A stretch of 48,559 nucleotides of DNA from Chloroflexota bacterium (GCA_003670425.1 QWRL01000001.1:1-48559), one strand, 5' to 3'; counted from the first letter of the stretch, positions 32,478-42,510 are shown. A program made the numbers and translations. The notes: a model not told the origin generated them from the letters alone.

Positions 32478-33752
32478 CTAAAAATATTCACGCAGCTGGC
32501 GCAGTTGGCTGCGCTCCGGCCCAAACGACAGCAGGCCCACCGGAATTTGCAGGTGGCGTTCGATAAAGGCAACATAGTTTGCGACGCTCGGTGGCAGACG
32601 GTCAGCTCCCAATCCGGCAGCATCTTTCAGGGGTGGCAGCACTTCATATACAGGGCGCACGCGTGCCAGGTCCAAGCCCGGATAGGCCGCATCCAGGCGC
32701 TGCCCATCATATTCATACGCCACACAGGCTTGCAGCGCGGGCAGCCTGGCCAGTACATCCAGCTTGGTGAGTGCGAGTGAGGTGAGATTGCCGGCGCGCA
32801 CGGCGTAGCGCAGCAGCGGCAGGTCCAGCCAGCCGCAGCGCCGCGCCCGGCCGGTGGTGGCGCCGTATTCGCCGCCCAGTTCGCGCAGGGTGTTGCCGGT
32901 TTCGTCCAGCAGTTCGGTGGGGAAGGGGCCGCTGCCGACGCGTGTGGTGTATGCCTTGCACAGGCCAAGCACCGCGTCTGGTGCGCCTTGCATTCCGGCG
33001 CCGGAATATATTCCCGCCAGCCCGGTGCTGGAGGAAGTTACAAACGGATAGGTGCCGTAATCAACATCCAGCAAGATGCCTTGCGCCCCCTCAAACAAAA
33101 TCTTGCGCTGCTCGGATTGCATTTGCTGCAGCAGGCCAAATGTGTCGGCAGCGTAGGGGCGCAGGAACTTTCCCAACTCCAGCAGCGCAGCTGCTTCGTC
33201 TTTGAGTGCGGGATAGTCCACGTGGTACCGCTGCTCAAAAAGCGTTTGCTTCTCATCCAGGACTTGCGCCAGCTGCGCCTGCAGCCGCTTTTCATCCAGC
33301 AGGTCTGCCAGCTTGAGGCTGCGGCGCGAGGCGCGGTCTTCATAAGCCGGGCCGATGCCGCGCCCGGTGGTGCCCAGCTTTACCGCACCCTGTGCCTCGC
33401 GCGCGCCATCCAAGAGGCGGTGATAACTGGTGATGATGTTGCAATGCAGCGAGATCTTCAGGTTGGCGGGGCTGATGGACACGCCCGCAGCCGTCAGGTC
33501 TGCATGCTCTTGCACAAAGCTGCGCGGGTCCAGCACCACACCGTGTCCTATAATGGACAAAGCGTGCGGCGTCATAATACCCGAGGGAACCAGATGGGTC
33601 ACGATTTTGCGGCCATCTACAACAATCGTGTGGCCGGCATTGTTGCCACCCTGAAAGCGCACCACCACATCGCAGCGGCCGGCAAAAAAGTCGGTGACCT
33701 TGCCCTTGCCTTCGTCCCCCCACTGGGCGCCAATGATTGCGAGAGTTTTCAT
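32478..33752 (-). CDS. purA: adenylosuccinate synthetase
   Basis: 424 aa from ATG 33752. MKTLAIIGAQWGDEGKGKVTDFF, RFQGGNNAGHT, GTTGRGIGPAYEDK-like, GATTGRARRCGWLD. Confidence 0.95.
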   Translation of the reverse strand: MKTLAIIGAQWGDEGKGKVTDFFAGRCDVVVRFQGGNNAGHTIVVDGRKIVTHLVPSGIMTPHALSIIGHGVVLDPRSFVQEHADLTAAGVSISPANLKISLHCNIITSYHRLLDGAREAQGAVKLGTTGRGIGPAYEDRASRRSLKLADLLDEKRLQAQLAQVLDEKQTLFEQRYHVDYPALKDEAAALLELGKFLRPYAADTFGLLQQMQSEQRKILFEGAQGILLDVDYGTYPFVTSSSTGLAGIYSGAGMQGAPDAVLGLCKAYTTRVGSGPFPTELLDETGNTLRELGGEYGATTGRARRCGWLDLPLLRYAVRAGNLTSLALTKLDVLARLPALQACVAYEYDGQRLDAAYPGLDLARVRPVYEVLPPLKDAAGLGADRLPPSVANYVAFIERHLQIPVGLLSFGPERSQLRQLREYF

Positions 33753-33817
33753 GATGATTTTGGGCGGCGCGGCCGGTCGCTTACTGCGCCCGTCCGAATT
33801 ATAAGAGGGCGGGCGGC

Positions 33818-35128
33818 ATGATTGAGCGTTACGAGTGTGCGGATGTCGCCCACATTTGGAGCAACTCCGGCAAGTTTGGCTTCTTCCTGCAGGTGGAGAC
33901 CGCGCTGCTGCGGGCGCTGGAAGCTGCCGGCGGATTTGGCGTGCCGGCTGGCGCAGCGGATTTGGTGCAGGCGAAGGCGCGCATAGACGCGGCGCGCATT
34001 GCGCAGCTCGAGCTGCGCACGCAGCACGATGTGGTGGCATTTTGCGAATCGCTGGCGGAGCAGCTGCCGCCCGCGGTTGCGCGCTATGTGCATTTTGGCG
34101 CCACGTCCTCGGACATCATTGATACGGCGCTGGCACTGCAGCTGCGTGCGACGCTGCAAATTGTACAGGCGGAGCTGCAGGCCGTGCTGCGCCAGTTGTG
34201 GCAGCTGGCTGCGCAGAGCGAGGATGTGTTGTGCATCGGACGCTCGCATGGCATGTACGCGGAGCCGATGCTGCTGGCGCAAAAGTGGCTGTCTTTTTAC
34301 GCGGAGCTGCAGCGCCGTGCGGCAGACCTGCAGCGCTACGCAAAGCATGAGCTGACGGCGCAGCTGTCTGGTGCCGTGGGCAACTACACGGTGCTGCCGC
34401 CGCACGTGGAAGCGCTGCTGGCTGCGGAACTGGGCTTGAAGGTGGAGCCGGTGAGCACGCAAATTATTCCGCGCGACCGGCTGGCAAAGCTGGTGGGCAT
34501 CAACGCACTTTATGCGGGCGCGCTTGAACGGCTGGTGACTGAGATCCGGCTGCTGCAGCGCTCGGAGGTGGGTGAAGTGGCTGAGGGGTTTGGTGCGGGA
34601 CAGCGCGGCTCTTCCACCATGCCGCACAAGCGCAATCCGGTGGCAAGCGAAAACCTGACGGGCATCAGCCGCGTGCTGCGCTCGCATGTGGAGATTGCGC
34701 TGCAAAACATTGTGCTGTGGCATGAGCGCGACATCTCACACTCGGCTGCCGAGCGCCTGTACCTGCCGGATAATCTGGGGCTGGTGGTGTACAGCTTGCG
34801 GCGCCTGCAGCAGTTGCTGGCGGACTTGCACATTGACCGGGATGCCATGCGGGCGCGCGTTGCGGCGGCGCCCGGCATGCACTCCAGCTACTATTTGCAC
34901 CAGTTGCTGCAGCGCACAACTGCCAGCCGTGAGGAGTTGTACGCGCGCATCCAGGCGCTCTCGTTTGCAGCGCTGCCTGGCGCTGCGGATTTGGGCGCGC
35001 AGCTGGAGCTGGAATTTAAAGTGCAACTGCCACGCGTGGGCTATGCGGAAATGCTGGCGCACTATCAAACACAATATCAGGCGGTAAAGGCGCGTGTGCA
35101 GCCCCCCGCCGCGGAGCAACAATTATGA
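33818..35128 (+). CDS. purB: adenylosuccinate lyase
   Basis: 436 aa. MIERYE...I.S.......L.VE, fumarate-lyase signature GSSTMPHKRNP. Confidence 0.95.
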   Translation: MIERYECADVAHIWSNSGKFGFFLQVETALLRALEAAGGFGVPAGAADLVQAKARIDAARIAQLELRTQHDVVAFCESLAEQLPPAVARYVHFGATSSDIIDTALALQLRATLQIVQAELQAVLRQLWQLAAQSEDVLCIGRSHGMYAEPMLLAQKWLSFYAELQRRAADLQRYAKHELTAQLSGAVGNYTVLPPHVEALLAAELGLKVEPVSTQIIPRDRLAKLVGINALYAGALERLVTEIRLLQRSEVGEVAEGFGAGQRGSSTMPHKRNPVASENLTGISRVLRSHVEIALQNIVLWHERDISHSAAERLYLPDNLGLVVYSLRRLQQLLADLHIDRDAMRARVAAAPGMHSSYYLHQLLQRTTASREELYARIQALSFAALPGAADLGAQLELEFKVQLPRVGYAEMLAHYQTQYQAVKARVQPPAAEQQL

Positions 35129-36141
35129 AACAGGCGATCACCTATGACGACGTGCTGCTGGTGCCTTCGTACAACCACTACGAATCGCGCAAGCTGGTGG
35201 ACACCAGTGTGACCGATCGCAGCGGCAAGCTGGGCATGCGGCTGCCGGTGCTCACCGCCAACATGGACACAGTCACCGAGCACGCCATGGCCAACTTCAT
35301 CGGCGAGCGCGGCGGCATGGGCGTGCTGCACCGCTTTATGCCGATTGAACGCAATGTGGCCGAGTACCGCCTGTGCCGCTTTCCAACGGCCGTTTCCGTG
35401 GGCTGTGCCCGCGCCGATGTGGAGCGGGCAAGCGCGCTGCTGGCGGAGGGCGCGCAATACTTTTGCATTGACGTGGCGCATGCGCATGCCAAGTATGTGG
35501 GGCGCACGCTGAAGACCATGCGCGAGCTGGTGGGCGAGAACGCATGCATCATCGCCGGCAACGTGGCCACCTATGCCGGCGCAGACTATCTGGCTTCATG
35601 CGGCGCGGATGTGATCAAGGTGGGCATTGGCGGCGGCGCGGTGTGCACCACGCGCGTGAAGACCGGCTTTGGCGTTCCCAATCTCACCGCGGTGCAGGAG
35701 TGCGCGCGCGTGGACCGCTCGCTGATTGCTGATGGCGGCATCCGCACACCCGGCGATATTGTGAAGGCGCTCGCATTTGGCGCGGACTTTGTAATGGTGG
35801 GCAGCATGCTGGCCGGAACCCGCGTCACGCCGGGTGCGGTCATCAGCCGCATGGTTAACGGCGTCGAGCAAAAGTTCAAGTCTTACCGCGGAATGGCCAG
35901 TGCAGAAGTGCAGGAGGATTTCCACGGCGGCATGGCCGACTGGAAAACGGCTGAGGGAGTGGCGATGGAAGTGGCATATCGCGAAGATGAAGAGGCAATT
36001 GTGGCGGACATTGTGGGCGGGCTGCGCTCCGGCATGACATACGGCGGCGCTGCAACCGTGCGTGAGCTGCAGCGCAAGCTGGATTGGGTGCTGGTGACCG
36101 GCGCTGGCCGCGTTGAAAGTTTGCCGCACCGCCTGCTGTGA
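35125..36141 (+). CDS. guaC: GMP reductase (IMPDH/GuaC family lacking CBS insert)
   Basis: 338 aa. ITYDDVLLVPS, LPVLTANMDTV, IDVAHAH, KVGIGGGAVCTTRVKTGFGVP (catalytic Cys loop), IADGGIR.PGDIVKALA.GADFVM.GS. No CBS pair, and the length fits GuaC. ATGA overlap with purB. Confidence 0.8.
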   Translation: MKQAITYDDVLLVPSYNHYESRKLVDTSVTDRSGKLGMRLPVLTANMDTVTEHAMANFIGERGGMGVLHRFMPIERNVAEYRLCRFPTAVSVGCARADVERASALLAEGAQYFCIDVAHAHAKYVGRTLKTMRELVGENACIIAGNVATYAGADYLASCGADVIKVGIGGGAVCTTRVKTGFGVPNLTAVQECARVDRSLIADGGIRTPGDIVKALAFGADFVMVGSMLAGTRVTPGAVISRMVNGVEQKFKSYRGMASAEVQEDFHGGMADWKTAEGVAMEVAYREDEEAIVADIVGGLRSGMTYGGAATVRELQRKLDWVLVTGAGRVESLPHRLL

Positions 36142-36193
36142 TGCGGCGGGCTGGCGGGTGTGCGGTACTGTATTGCTTCAATGAACAGGGCGC

Positions 36194-37249
36194 GTGACCG
36201 GACCGATGCCGGCTAATTTGCAGCCGCTAGCCGGTGCGGAGCGCGCTGCGGCGCTGGGTTTGCTGCGGGGTGTACGGCCGGCCAGCCGCCCGTGTTTTAG
36301 CGGGCTGTGCAGCGTAACTGCAGCCGGGCTGGCGCGCAGTGGCGCGCACTTTAGCGCTGTGCATGCGGATGCGCACAAGCTGGCTGCCGCTGCAGCCACT
36401 AGCCGGGATGTGTTCGGAATGGCATCGGTGAGTGTGCCGCTGGACTTGTGCGTGGAAGCCGAGGCGCTTGGCGCGCAGGTGGATTTTTGTGCGGGCGCCG
36501 AGCCGGCGCAGTACGCGCGTGTGCCGCAATTTCCGCTCACAAAACTTTCGCAACTTCAAATTGACCCGCGCCCGGTGGCTGAGCTGGGGCGCGTGAGCGT
36601 GGTGGCGCAGGCTATCCGCTTGCTGGTGCAAAGCGTGGGGCAGCAAGCGCTGGTGGGTGCGTGGGTGCCCGGCCCGTTTACCCTCGCACTTTATTTGGTG
36701 GATGGTGACGCCTTGCTAAACCAAATTGTTGAGGAGCCGGCAGCGGTCAGTGCCGGCCTGCAGCAGCTGGCTGATTTTATTGCGCGCGTGGCGCGCGTGT
36801 ATCTGGCTGCCGGCGCAGACTTCATTACTGTGCATGAGATGGGCGGCTCGCCGGGCTACGTGGGCCTGCGCACTTTTCGGCGGGTGGTGCAGGCACCACT
36901 GCAGCAGCTGCTGCAAGCGCTGCCAGCCCCGCGCGTGCTGAGCATGTGCGGCAAGCTGGATGCAGCCCTCGGTTTGCTTGCCGGGCTGGCGGCCGAGGCC
37001 ATCAACATCGACCACCTGACGGATGCCGCCGCGGCGCGCGCTGCGCTGGCACCCGGGCAGCTGCTGTTTGGCAACATTGATCCGGCAGGTGTGCTGGCGC
37101 ACGGCACGCCCGCACAGGTGCAGCAGGCGGTGCTGGCTGCTGCCGAACATGTGGACGCGATCTGGCCCGGCTGCGATTTGGATTTGAGCGCGCCGGATGC
37201 GAACCTGCTGGCCATGGTTGCGGCAGCGCGCCAGCTGCCTCCAAATTAA
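36194..37249 (+). CDS. uroporphyrinogen decarboxylase (URO-D) superfamily protein, MtaA/CmuA-like rather than HemE
   Basis: 351 aa. VPLDLCVEAEALGAQVDF, VPGPFTLALYLV, AGADFITVHEMGGSPGYV, LFGNIDPAGVL..GTP..V. Lacks the HemE N-terminal RQAGRY motif. GTG start, with an alternative ATG at 36206. Confidence 0.65.
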   Translation: MTGPMPANLQPLAGAERAAALGLLRGVRPASRPCFSGLCSVTAAGLARSGAHFSAVHADAHKLAAAAATSRDVFGMASVSVPLDLCVEAEALGAQVDFCAGAEPAQYARVPQFPLTKLSQLQIDPRPVAELGRVSVVAQAIRLLVQSVGQQALVGAWVPGPFTLALYLVDGDALLNQIVEEPAAVSAGLQQLADFIARVARVYLAAGADFITVHEMGGSPGYVGLRTFRRVVQAPLQQLLQALPAPRVLSMCGKLDAALGLLAGLAAEAINIDHLTDAAAARAALAPGQLLFGNIDPAGVLAHGTPAQVQQAVLAAAEHVDAIWPGCDLDLSAPDANLLAMVAAARQLPPN

Positions 37250-37364
37250 CAGGCACCCTTTATTGTTGTCAGCGCTGGCCGAAGGCGCGCAGCTGTTTGA
37301 TGAGCTGCTAGCCGCCCCCGAAATTGTGAAGTGCGTGCTGAACTTTAGCTGAGCGCAGCGCGCC

Positions 37365-39869
37365 TTACTGTTTGCGCAGCAAAGCCGCCGGCGAAACCTG
37401 CGAAAGCTGGCGGGCGGCCAGCACCGCCACGGCTGTGGCGGCGATGAACAAAAATACCACGGCGCCAATCACCAGCGGCGAGAAGAAGTACTGCGTGAAC
37501 TCAAACAGCGTGCGGTTCAGCACCAGCACCGTCACATGTGAAATCACCACGCCCAGCACTGCGGCAAATGTGAGGCCGGCCAGCGACTCGCGCACAAACA
37601 ACCCGAACAGCAGCGGGCGCGGCGCGCCCACTGCTGTGAAGACCAGCATGTCATTGGTGCGCTCGCGCACGGCCGCAGCCAGCAGCGAAACAGTCATCAA
37701 CAGGCCCAGTACAAAAGCCGGCACCGCGGCAGCAGCCACCGCCGCGCCCAGCAGCGTCACAACGCGCGTCACCAGCTCAATGATGTCCGCCGTGGGCAAC
37801 GCAGACACATTCGGGTAGCGCTCCACCAGATTTGAAATCAATCCATTGATCTCCGCCGGCGGCAGGAAGCCATAGCCGAAGGCCGAGCGTGGAAAATCTG
37901 CAAGCACCTCCGGCGAGTAGACGAGGAAGAAAAATGGCAGGCCGCCATCCGCCTGCACGCTGCGCAGGCTGGTAACTTTGGCGGTAACCGGAAAGCCCTG
38001 CACCAAAAATGTGAGCGTCGAGCCCAGCAAAATGTTTGCGCGCTCGGCAAAATCGCGCTCCACCGAAATCTCGCCGCGGCCGCTGGCGCCGTGCCAGGTG
38101 CCGGCCGTGATCTCTTCGCCGGCAATTAATTCAGTGCGATACGTGAGGTTGAATTCGCGCGTTAGTTCATGGTTGTGCTTGTCGCCAAGTTCCTGGATCT
38201 TGACGCCGTCGCGCTCGATAAAACGCCCGCGCACCACCGGAAACATGCGCCAGCTTTCGCCCACCATTGCGGCCACGCCCTGCTCCTGGTCCGGCTGCAC
38301 ATCCAGCAGGTAGAGGTTGGGCGCATCTGCCCGGAACTGGCCGCGCAGGTTGCCAAGCACATTTGCCTCCAGCAAGATGATGGTTGAGACGGCAGCCACG
38401 GCAATTGCCAGCGATGCCACGGCCGAGGTGAACACTGGCCCTTGATGGTGCACGAAGGCGATGATGGCCCGCACCTGAAAGCGAAACCGGGCGCGGTGCT
38501 TGTGCAGCAACTTCACCAGCGTGTGCGTGAGCAGTGCAATTCCGGCAAAGCCACCCAGGATAACGGCAACAGCCGTGCCCGCAACGCCTGCGCTGCCGGT
38601 CAGGCGCCACACGCCGGCGCCAATCGCCACCAGCGAGAGCGCCAGAAAGGGCAGCTCATGCATGGCTGTGGAAACAGCAGCGGACTGTGAGTAGCCCCCC
38701 AGTAAAATTTTGGGCTCGGTGCGCGAGATGCGCACCAGAAAACCCAGCCCGGCCATAAGTGCCAGCGCCAGCGAAAAGAGCGTCACCTCCGGAATGTTGG
38801 CGGTGAGCACATCCGGCTGCAGTGTGCGTTCGAGCAGCTGGGAAACATACGGCAGCGCAGCCGCTGCGCCAATGTTGCCCAGCAGCGCGCCCGCCGCGCC
38901 GCCCGCCAGCGCCACCGCGGCGATGATCACCGCAAAGATGGCTGCCAGCGCGCGCCGTGCAATGCCCAGCGCGCGCATGATGGCTGCGGTGCGCGTCAAT
39001 GCTGCCAGCAGGTAAGCCAGATTTACGCGGATGTTCACCGCAGCCAGAAAGAGCGCCAGCACAATCACGGTGAAGAAGAAGCGCTGGCCGGCTTCTGTGG
39101 CGCGCAGCAAATTCTCCGGCCCGCGCGTGGCAACCGCCACCTGCGCGCCATCGGCCAGGAAGTGCTCCTCAATGCGCTGTGTGAGCTGCGCTTCCGCGCT
39201 GCGCCGCAGGCCGGCTGGAAAGCGCAGCAGCAATTTATTGCTGACGCGGCTGTTCTCGCGCGTGATGCCGGTGCGCAACCAGCCCGCCTCCGTGGCCAGC
39301 AGCGGCGGGCCGAGGCGGAAGCCGCTGCCCATCTCGTCCGGCTCGCGCACAATAATGTTTTCCACAATGAAGCTGCTGTCGCCAACCATGATTGTGTCGC
39401 CGACCGCTGCGCCCAAACGGCGCGCCAGCAGCTGGCTGGCAAAAATTCCGCGCGGGGAGGGCAGCTGCGGCAGCGCCTGCTCCAGTTGCAATGCGCCATA
39501 CAACGGGTACGCACCGTCCGCAATTTTTGCGCTGGCCAGCGCAGTCGGGCTCGTGCCGTCGGCGCGCACCAGTTTCGGGTTTGTGCTGCGCGTCATCACC
39601 AGCATTTCGGTGGTGCGTGCCAGCAGCACGCCGGCTGCGCGCGCTTCTAAGATTACGGGGTCGGTGTCTGCATCCACGCGCGTGGAGGAAGAGATGGAAA
39701 CATCGCCGCCAATCAACACGTTGCTTTCGGCGCGCAGAAAACGCTCGGTGCTTTGCACAATGCCAAGCACTGCCGCCAGCGCAAACGCGCCCACCGCCAG
39801 CGAGAGGCCGGTGATCAGCAGGCGCGCTGCATTGCGGCGCAGTATGCGCACTGCCAGCCGCACAATCAT
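37365..39869 (-). CDS. ABC transporter permease with two FtsX domains (YbbP-like)
   Basis: 834 aa. About 10 TM segments arranged as two 4-TM FtsX modules, each preceded by a large extracytoplasmic loop. ATGA overlap with the upstream ATPase gene. Confidence 0.85.
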   Translation of the reverse strand: MIVRLAVRILRRNAARLLITGLSLAVGAFALAAVLGIVQSTERFLRAESNVLIGGDVSISSSTRVDADTDPVILEARAAGVLLARTTEMLVMTRSTNPKLVRADGTSPTALASAKIADGAYPLYGALQLEQALPQLPSPRGIFASQLLARRLGAAVGDTIMVGDSSFIVENIIVREPDEMGSGFRLGPPLLATEAGWLRTGITRENSRVSNKLLLRFPAGLRRSAEAQLTQRIEEHFLADGAQVAVATRGPENLLRATEAGQRFFFTVIVLALFLAAVNIRVNLAYLLAALTRTAAIMRALGIARRALAAIFAVIIAAVALAGGAAGALLGNIGAAAALPYVSQLLERTLQPDVLTANIPEVTLFSLALALMAGLGFLVRISRTEPKILLGGYSQSAAVSTAMHELPFLALSLVAIGAGVWRLTGSAGVAGTAVAVILGGFAGIALLTHTLVKLLHKHRARFRFQVRAIIAFVHHQGPVFTSAVASLAIAVAAVSTIILLEANVLGNLRGQFRADAPNLYLLDVQPDQEQGVAAMVGESWRMFPVVRGRFIERDGVKIQELGDKHNHELTREFNLTYRTELIAGEEITAGTWHGASGRGEISVERDFAERANILLGSTLTFLVQGFPVTAKVTSLRSVQADGGLPFFFLVYSPEVLADFPRSAFGYGFLPPAEINGLISNLVERYPNVSALPTADIIELVTRVVTLLGAAVAAAAVPAFVLGLLMTVSLLAAAVRERTNDMLVFTAVGAPRPLLFGLFVRESLAGLTFAAVLGVVISHVTVLVLNRTLFEFTQYFFSPLVIGAVVFLFIAATAVAVLAARQLSQVSPAALLRKQ

Positions 39870-40534
39870 CGGCCGGGCTCCGCGGTCAGCACACCGTTGT
39901 CCAGGCGCATGATGCAGTCGGCATGGCGCGCAAACTCCGTGTCGTGCGTCACCAGCACCAGCGTCTTTTTGCGCTCACGCACGCCCTGCAGCAGCAGCGC
40001 AGTAATTTCGCTGCCGGTGCTGCGGTCCAGGTTGCCGGTCGGCTCATCCGCAAAGAGAATGGGCGTGTCCTGCGCCAGCGCGCGCGCAATGGCCACGCGC
40101 TGCTCTTCGCCGCCGGAAAGCTGGCCGGGCAGGTGGTGCAGGCGGTGGCTCAGCCCCACGGAGTGCAGCGCATCCGCAGCCACTGCGCGCGCCGTGGTGC
40201 CGCGGATTTCAAGCGGCAGCATCACATTCTCCAGTGCGGTGAAGGCGGGCACCAGCTCAAAAGACTGGAACACAATTGCCAGCTGGCGGTTGCGCAGCTG
40301 TGCCAGCTCGCTCTCGGTTAGCGCCGTTGCATCGCGGCCGTTCAACACCAGCCGGCCGGAGTCGGCCCGGTCCATGCACGCCATCACGGACAATAGCGTG
40401 GATTTGCCGGAGCCGGATGCGCCCACAATTGCCACCGATGCGCCCGCTGCAACTTCCAAGTTTACGCCGCGCAGCACATCCACAACCGTGGCGCCTTGGC
40501 GATATGATTTCATTATGTTGGATAGTTGGATCAT
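39866..40534 (-). CDS. ABC transporter ATP-binding protein (YbbA/LolD/MacB-NBD-like)
   Basis: 222 aa from ATG 40534. Walker A GASGSGKST, Q loop, LSGGEEQRVAIARAL, Walker B ILFADEPTGNLD, H loop THD. Confidence 0.9.
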   Translation of the reverse strand: MIQLSNIMKSYRQGATVVDVLRGVNLEVAAGASVAIVGASGSGKSTLLSVMACMDRADSGRLVLNGRDATALTESELAQLRNRQLAIVFQSFELVPAFTALENVMLPLEIRGTTARAVAADALHSVGLSHRLHHLPGQLSGGEEQRVAIARALAQDTPILFADEPTGNLDRSTGSEITALLLQGVRERKKTLVLVTHDTEFARHADCIMRLDNGVLTAEPGR

Positions 40535-40600
40535 AGGTTGCGAGTGTACCGTTTTGAATGGTGGCACGCTGTGAGCCGCAATTTGCCGCGCGTGCAGCAA

Positions 40601-41275
40601 ATGGCGGCTATGGCATTGGCGGCAGCGCTGCTGCTCAACGCCTGCGCAGCCATGGGCCGCAGCGCGCAGCGCGATGGGCCACAGCCGGCGGGACAGCCGG
40701 CCGCGGCGTCTGCTGTTGCCAGCCGTGAGACGGTGATTATTGTGATGGGCGACAGCATCACCGCTGGCTTAGGCGTACAACTTGAAGAAGCGTATCCGGC
40801 GCTGCTGGAGGCGCGCTTGCGGGCGGAAGGGCATGCGGTGCGCGTGGTGAACAGCGGCGTGTCCGGTGAGACCACCGCCGGCGGGCAGCGGCGCGCAGAC
40901 TTTATTGCGCGGCAAAAAGGCGACATTGTAATTGTGGCACTGGGCGGCAATGACGCGCTGCGCGGCATCGATCCCGCAGCGGCGCTCGCGCAGCTGGAAT
41001 CCATCATCAACACTCTGGCGCAGTCCGGTGCGCGCGTTGTGCTGGCGGGCATGTATGCGCCGCATAATTTGGGCAGTGCCTATGTGGGCAGCTTTGACGC
41101 CATGTATCCGGTGCTCGCAAAAAAGTATTCCCTGCCGCTGATCCCTTTCTTGCTTGAGGGCGTGGCGCTTGACCCCGTGCTCAACCAGCCCGACGGCATT
41201 CACCCCACGCCCGCCGGGCAGCGCATCATCATGGAGCAGAACATCTATCCGGTCATCGTTGGTTTATTAAAATAG
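40601..41275 (+). CDS. secreted SGNH/GDSL esterase (TesA-like arylesterase/lysophospholipase)
   Basis: 224 aa from ATG 40601. Signal with a possible lipobox LLNAC. Block I VMGDSITAG, block III GGNDALRG, block V DGIHPTPAG. Divergent from the ABC pair. Confidence 0.85.
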   Translation: MAAMALAAALLLNACAAMGRSAQRDGPQPAGQPAAASAVASRETVIIVMGDSITAGLGVQLEEAYPALLEARLRAEGHAVRVVNSGVSGETTAGGQRRADFIARQKGDIVIVALGGNDALRGIDPAAALAQLESIINTLAQSGARVVLAGMYAPHNLGSAYVGSFDAMYPVLAKKYSLPLIPFLLEGVALDPVLNQPDGIHPTPAGQRIIMEQNIYPVIVGLLK

Positions 41276-41360
41276 CGCGCTGCCCGTCTATACTTTGGCT
41301 TAGGCACGGAGCAAGTGCACGCAGTGCGTGCCTTCCCTCTGCGGCGAATGGAGAAACAAC

Positions 41361-42485
41361 ATGCTGACTGAATCCGGTTGCCGGGAACGCCGCCGCCTGC
41401 TGTGGGAGCGGCTGCCCGCCTGCGACCTAATAATTATTTCTGAGCCGCGCAACCTTTTTTACCTGAGCGGGTTTCTGATGAACCCGACTGAACTCTCCGG
41501 ATGGGGGCTCAACTTTCTGCTGCTTAGCCGCACTGGCGAGTGCCGCCTGCTGCACGACAACAAAGCCCGCAGTGAAGCGCAGGCTGCATTTGTGGACGCG
41601 CGCGAAGCTTGGAGCTGGTACGACTTTGGAAACTCCGCGCCGGAAAAACTTGGCGCGGCTGCGGGCGCGCTGGCTGCGCTGCTGGCTGCGCGCTACAACG
41701 CTGCGCGCCAGGTGGCGGTGGAGGCCGGGCACTTTCCGGCTGGCGCCGGCGCCGGCTTGGCGGCTGCGCCCGTGGCCGATGCCGGCGCGCCGCTGGCAGC
41801 CATGCGCGCCGTTAAGTTTGCGGATGAGCTGGCCTGCATCCGGCGCGCCATCCGCGCCACGGAGGCCGGCCACTTGTGCGCGCGCACGGCGCTGCAGGCC
41901 GGACGCAGCGAGCTTGAAGTTTATGCAGAGGTGCAGGCCGCCATCACGCGCGCGGCTGGGGAGCCGATTGTGCTGCTGGGCGACTTTGCAGCCGGCAAGC
42001 GCACGGAAAGCGGCGGCGGCCCGCCCACCGCAAATGTGCTGCGCACCGGCGACCTGATGATCTTCGACATCTTCCCGGTAATCGGCGGCTATCGCGCGGA
42101 CATCACCAACACGCTGTGCGTGGGCGCGCCAACGCACAGCCAGCAGCAGCACATGCTTGCGCTGCAAGCTGCCATGCGTGCTGCCGAAGGCGAGCTGCGC
42201 CCGGGTGCGACTGGCGCGCAGGTGTACGCTGCCTGCCGCGCCTCACTTGTGGCTGCGGGGCTGGGCGCGGCCTTCTTTCATCACGCCGGGCATGGCCTGG
42301 GCCTTGGCCACCCGGAGGCGCCGTTTTTGGTGGAGCATAGTACGGACACGCTGCAGGCGGGCAATGTGGTCACGCTGGAGCCCGGTGCATACATCAAAGG
42401 CTGGGGTGGGGCGCGCATCGAGCACAACTATTTGATAACAGCCGGCGGCTTCGAGCGCCTCTCGCAGCATCAGATTGGATTTTAG
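41361..42485 (+). CDS. M24 family metallopeptidase (Xaa-Pro aminopeptidase/creatinase fold)
   Basis: 374 aa from ATG 41361 (GGAGAAAC RBS). Metal ligands in order: D (MIFDIF), D (YRADITNT), H (HHAGHGLG), E (TLEPG), E (RIEHN). Confidence 0.85.
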   Translation: MLTESGCRERRRLLWERLPACDLIIISEPRNLFYLSGFLMNPTELSGWGLNFLLLSRTGECRLLHDNKARSEAQAAFVDAREAWSWYDFGNSAPEKLGAAAGALAALLAARYNAARQVAVEAGHFPAGAGAGLAAAPVADAGAPLAAMRAVKFADELACIRRAIRATEAGHLCARTALQAGRSELEVYAEVQAAITRAAGEPIVLLGDFAAGKRTESGGGPPTANVLRTGDLMIFDIFPVIGGYRADITNTLCVGAPTHSQQQHMLALQAAMRAAEGELRPGATGAQVYAACRASLVAAGLGAAFFHHAGHGLGLGHPEAPFLVEHSTDTLQAGNVVTLEPGAYIKGWGGARIEHNYLITAGGFERLSQHQIGF

Positions 42486-42510
42486 GCGCGCCCTGGCGCC
42501 GTGCGCTGCG

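Noticed and set aside
33749-34723. 324-aa minus-strand ORF inside purB
   Set aside because: Antisense shadow (Arg/Gln/His/Leu-rich) opposite a gene with the fumarate-lyase signature.
37365-40534. ABC ATPase plus double-FtsX permease as a bacteriocin/antimicrobial-peptide immunity or toxin-export system
   Set aside because: No two-component sensor, peptide precursor or modification genes are nearby. The divergent TesA-like esterase fits the conserved ybbA-ybbP-tesA pattern instead.
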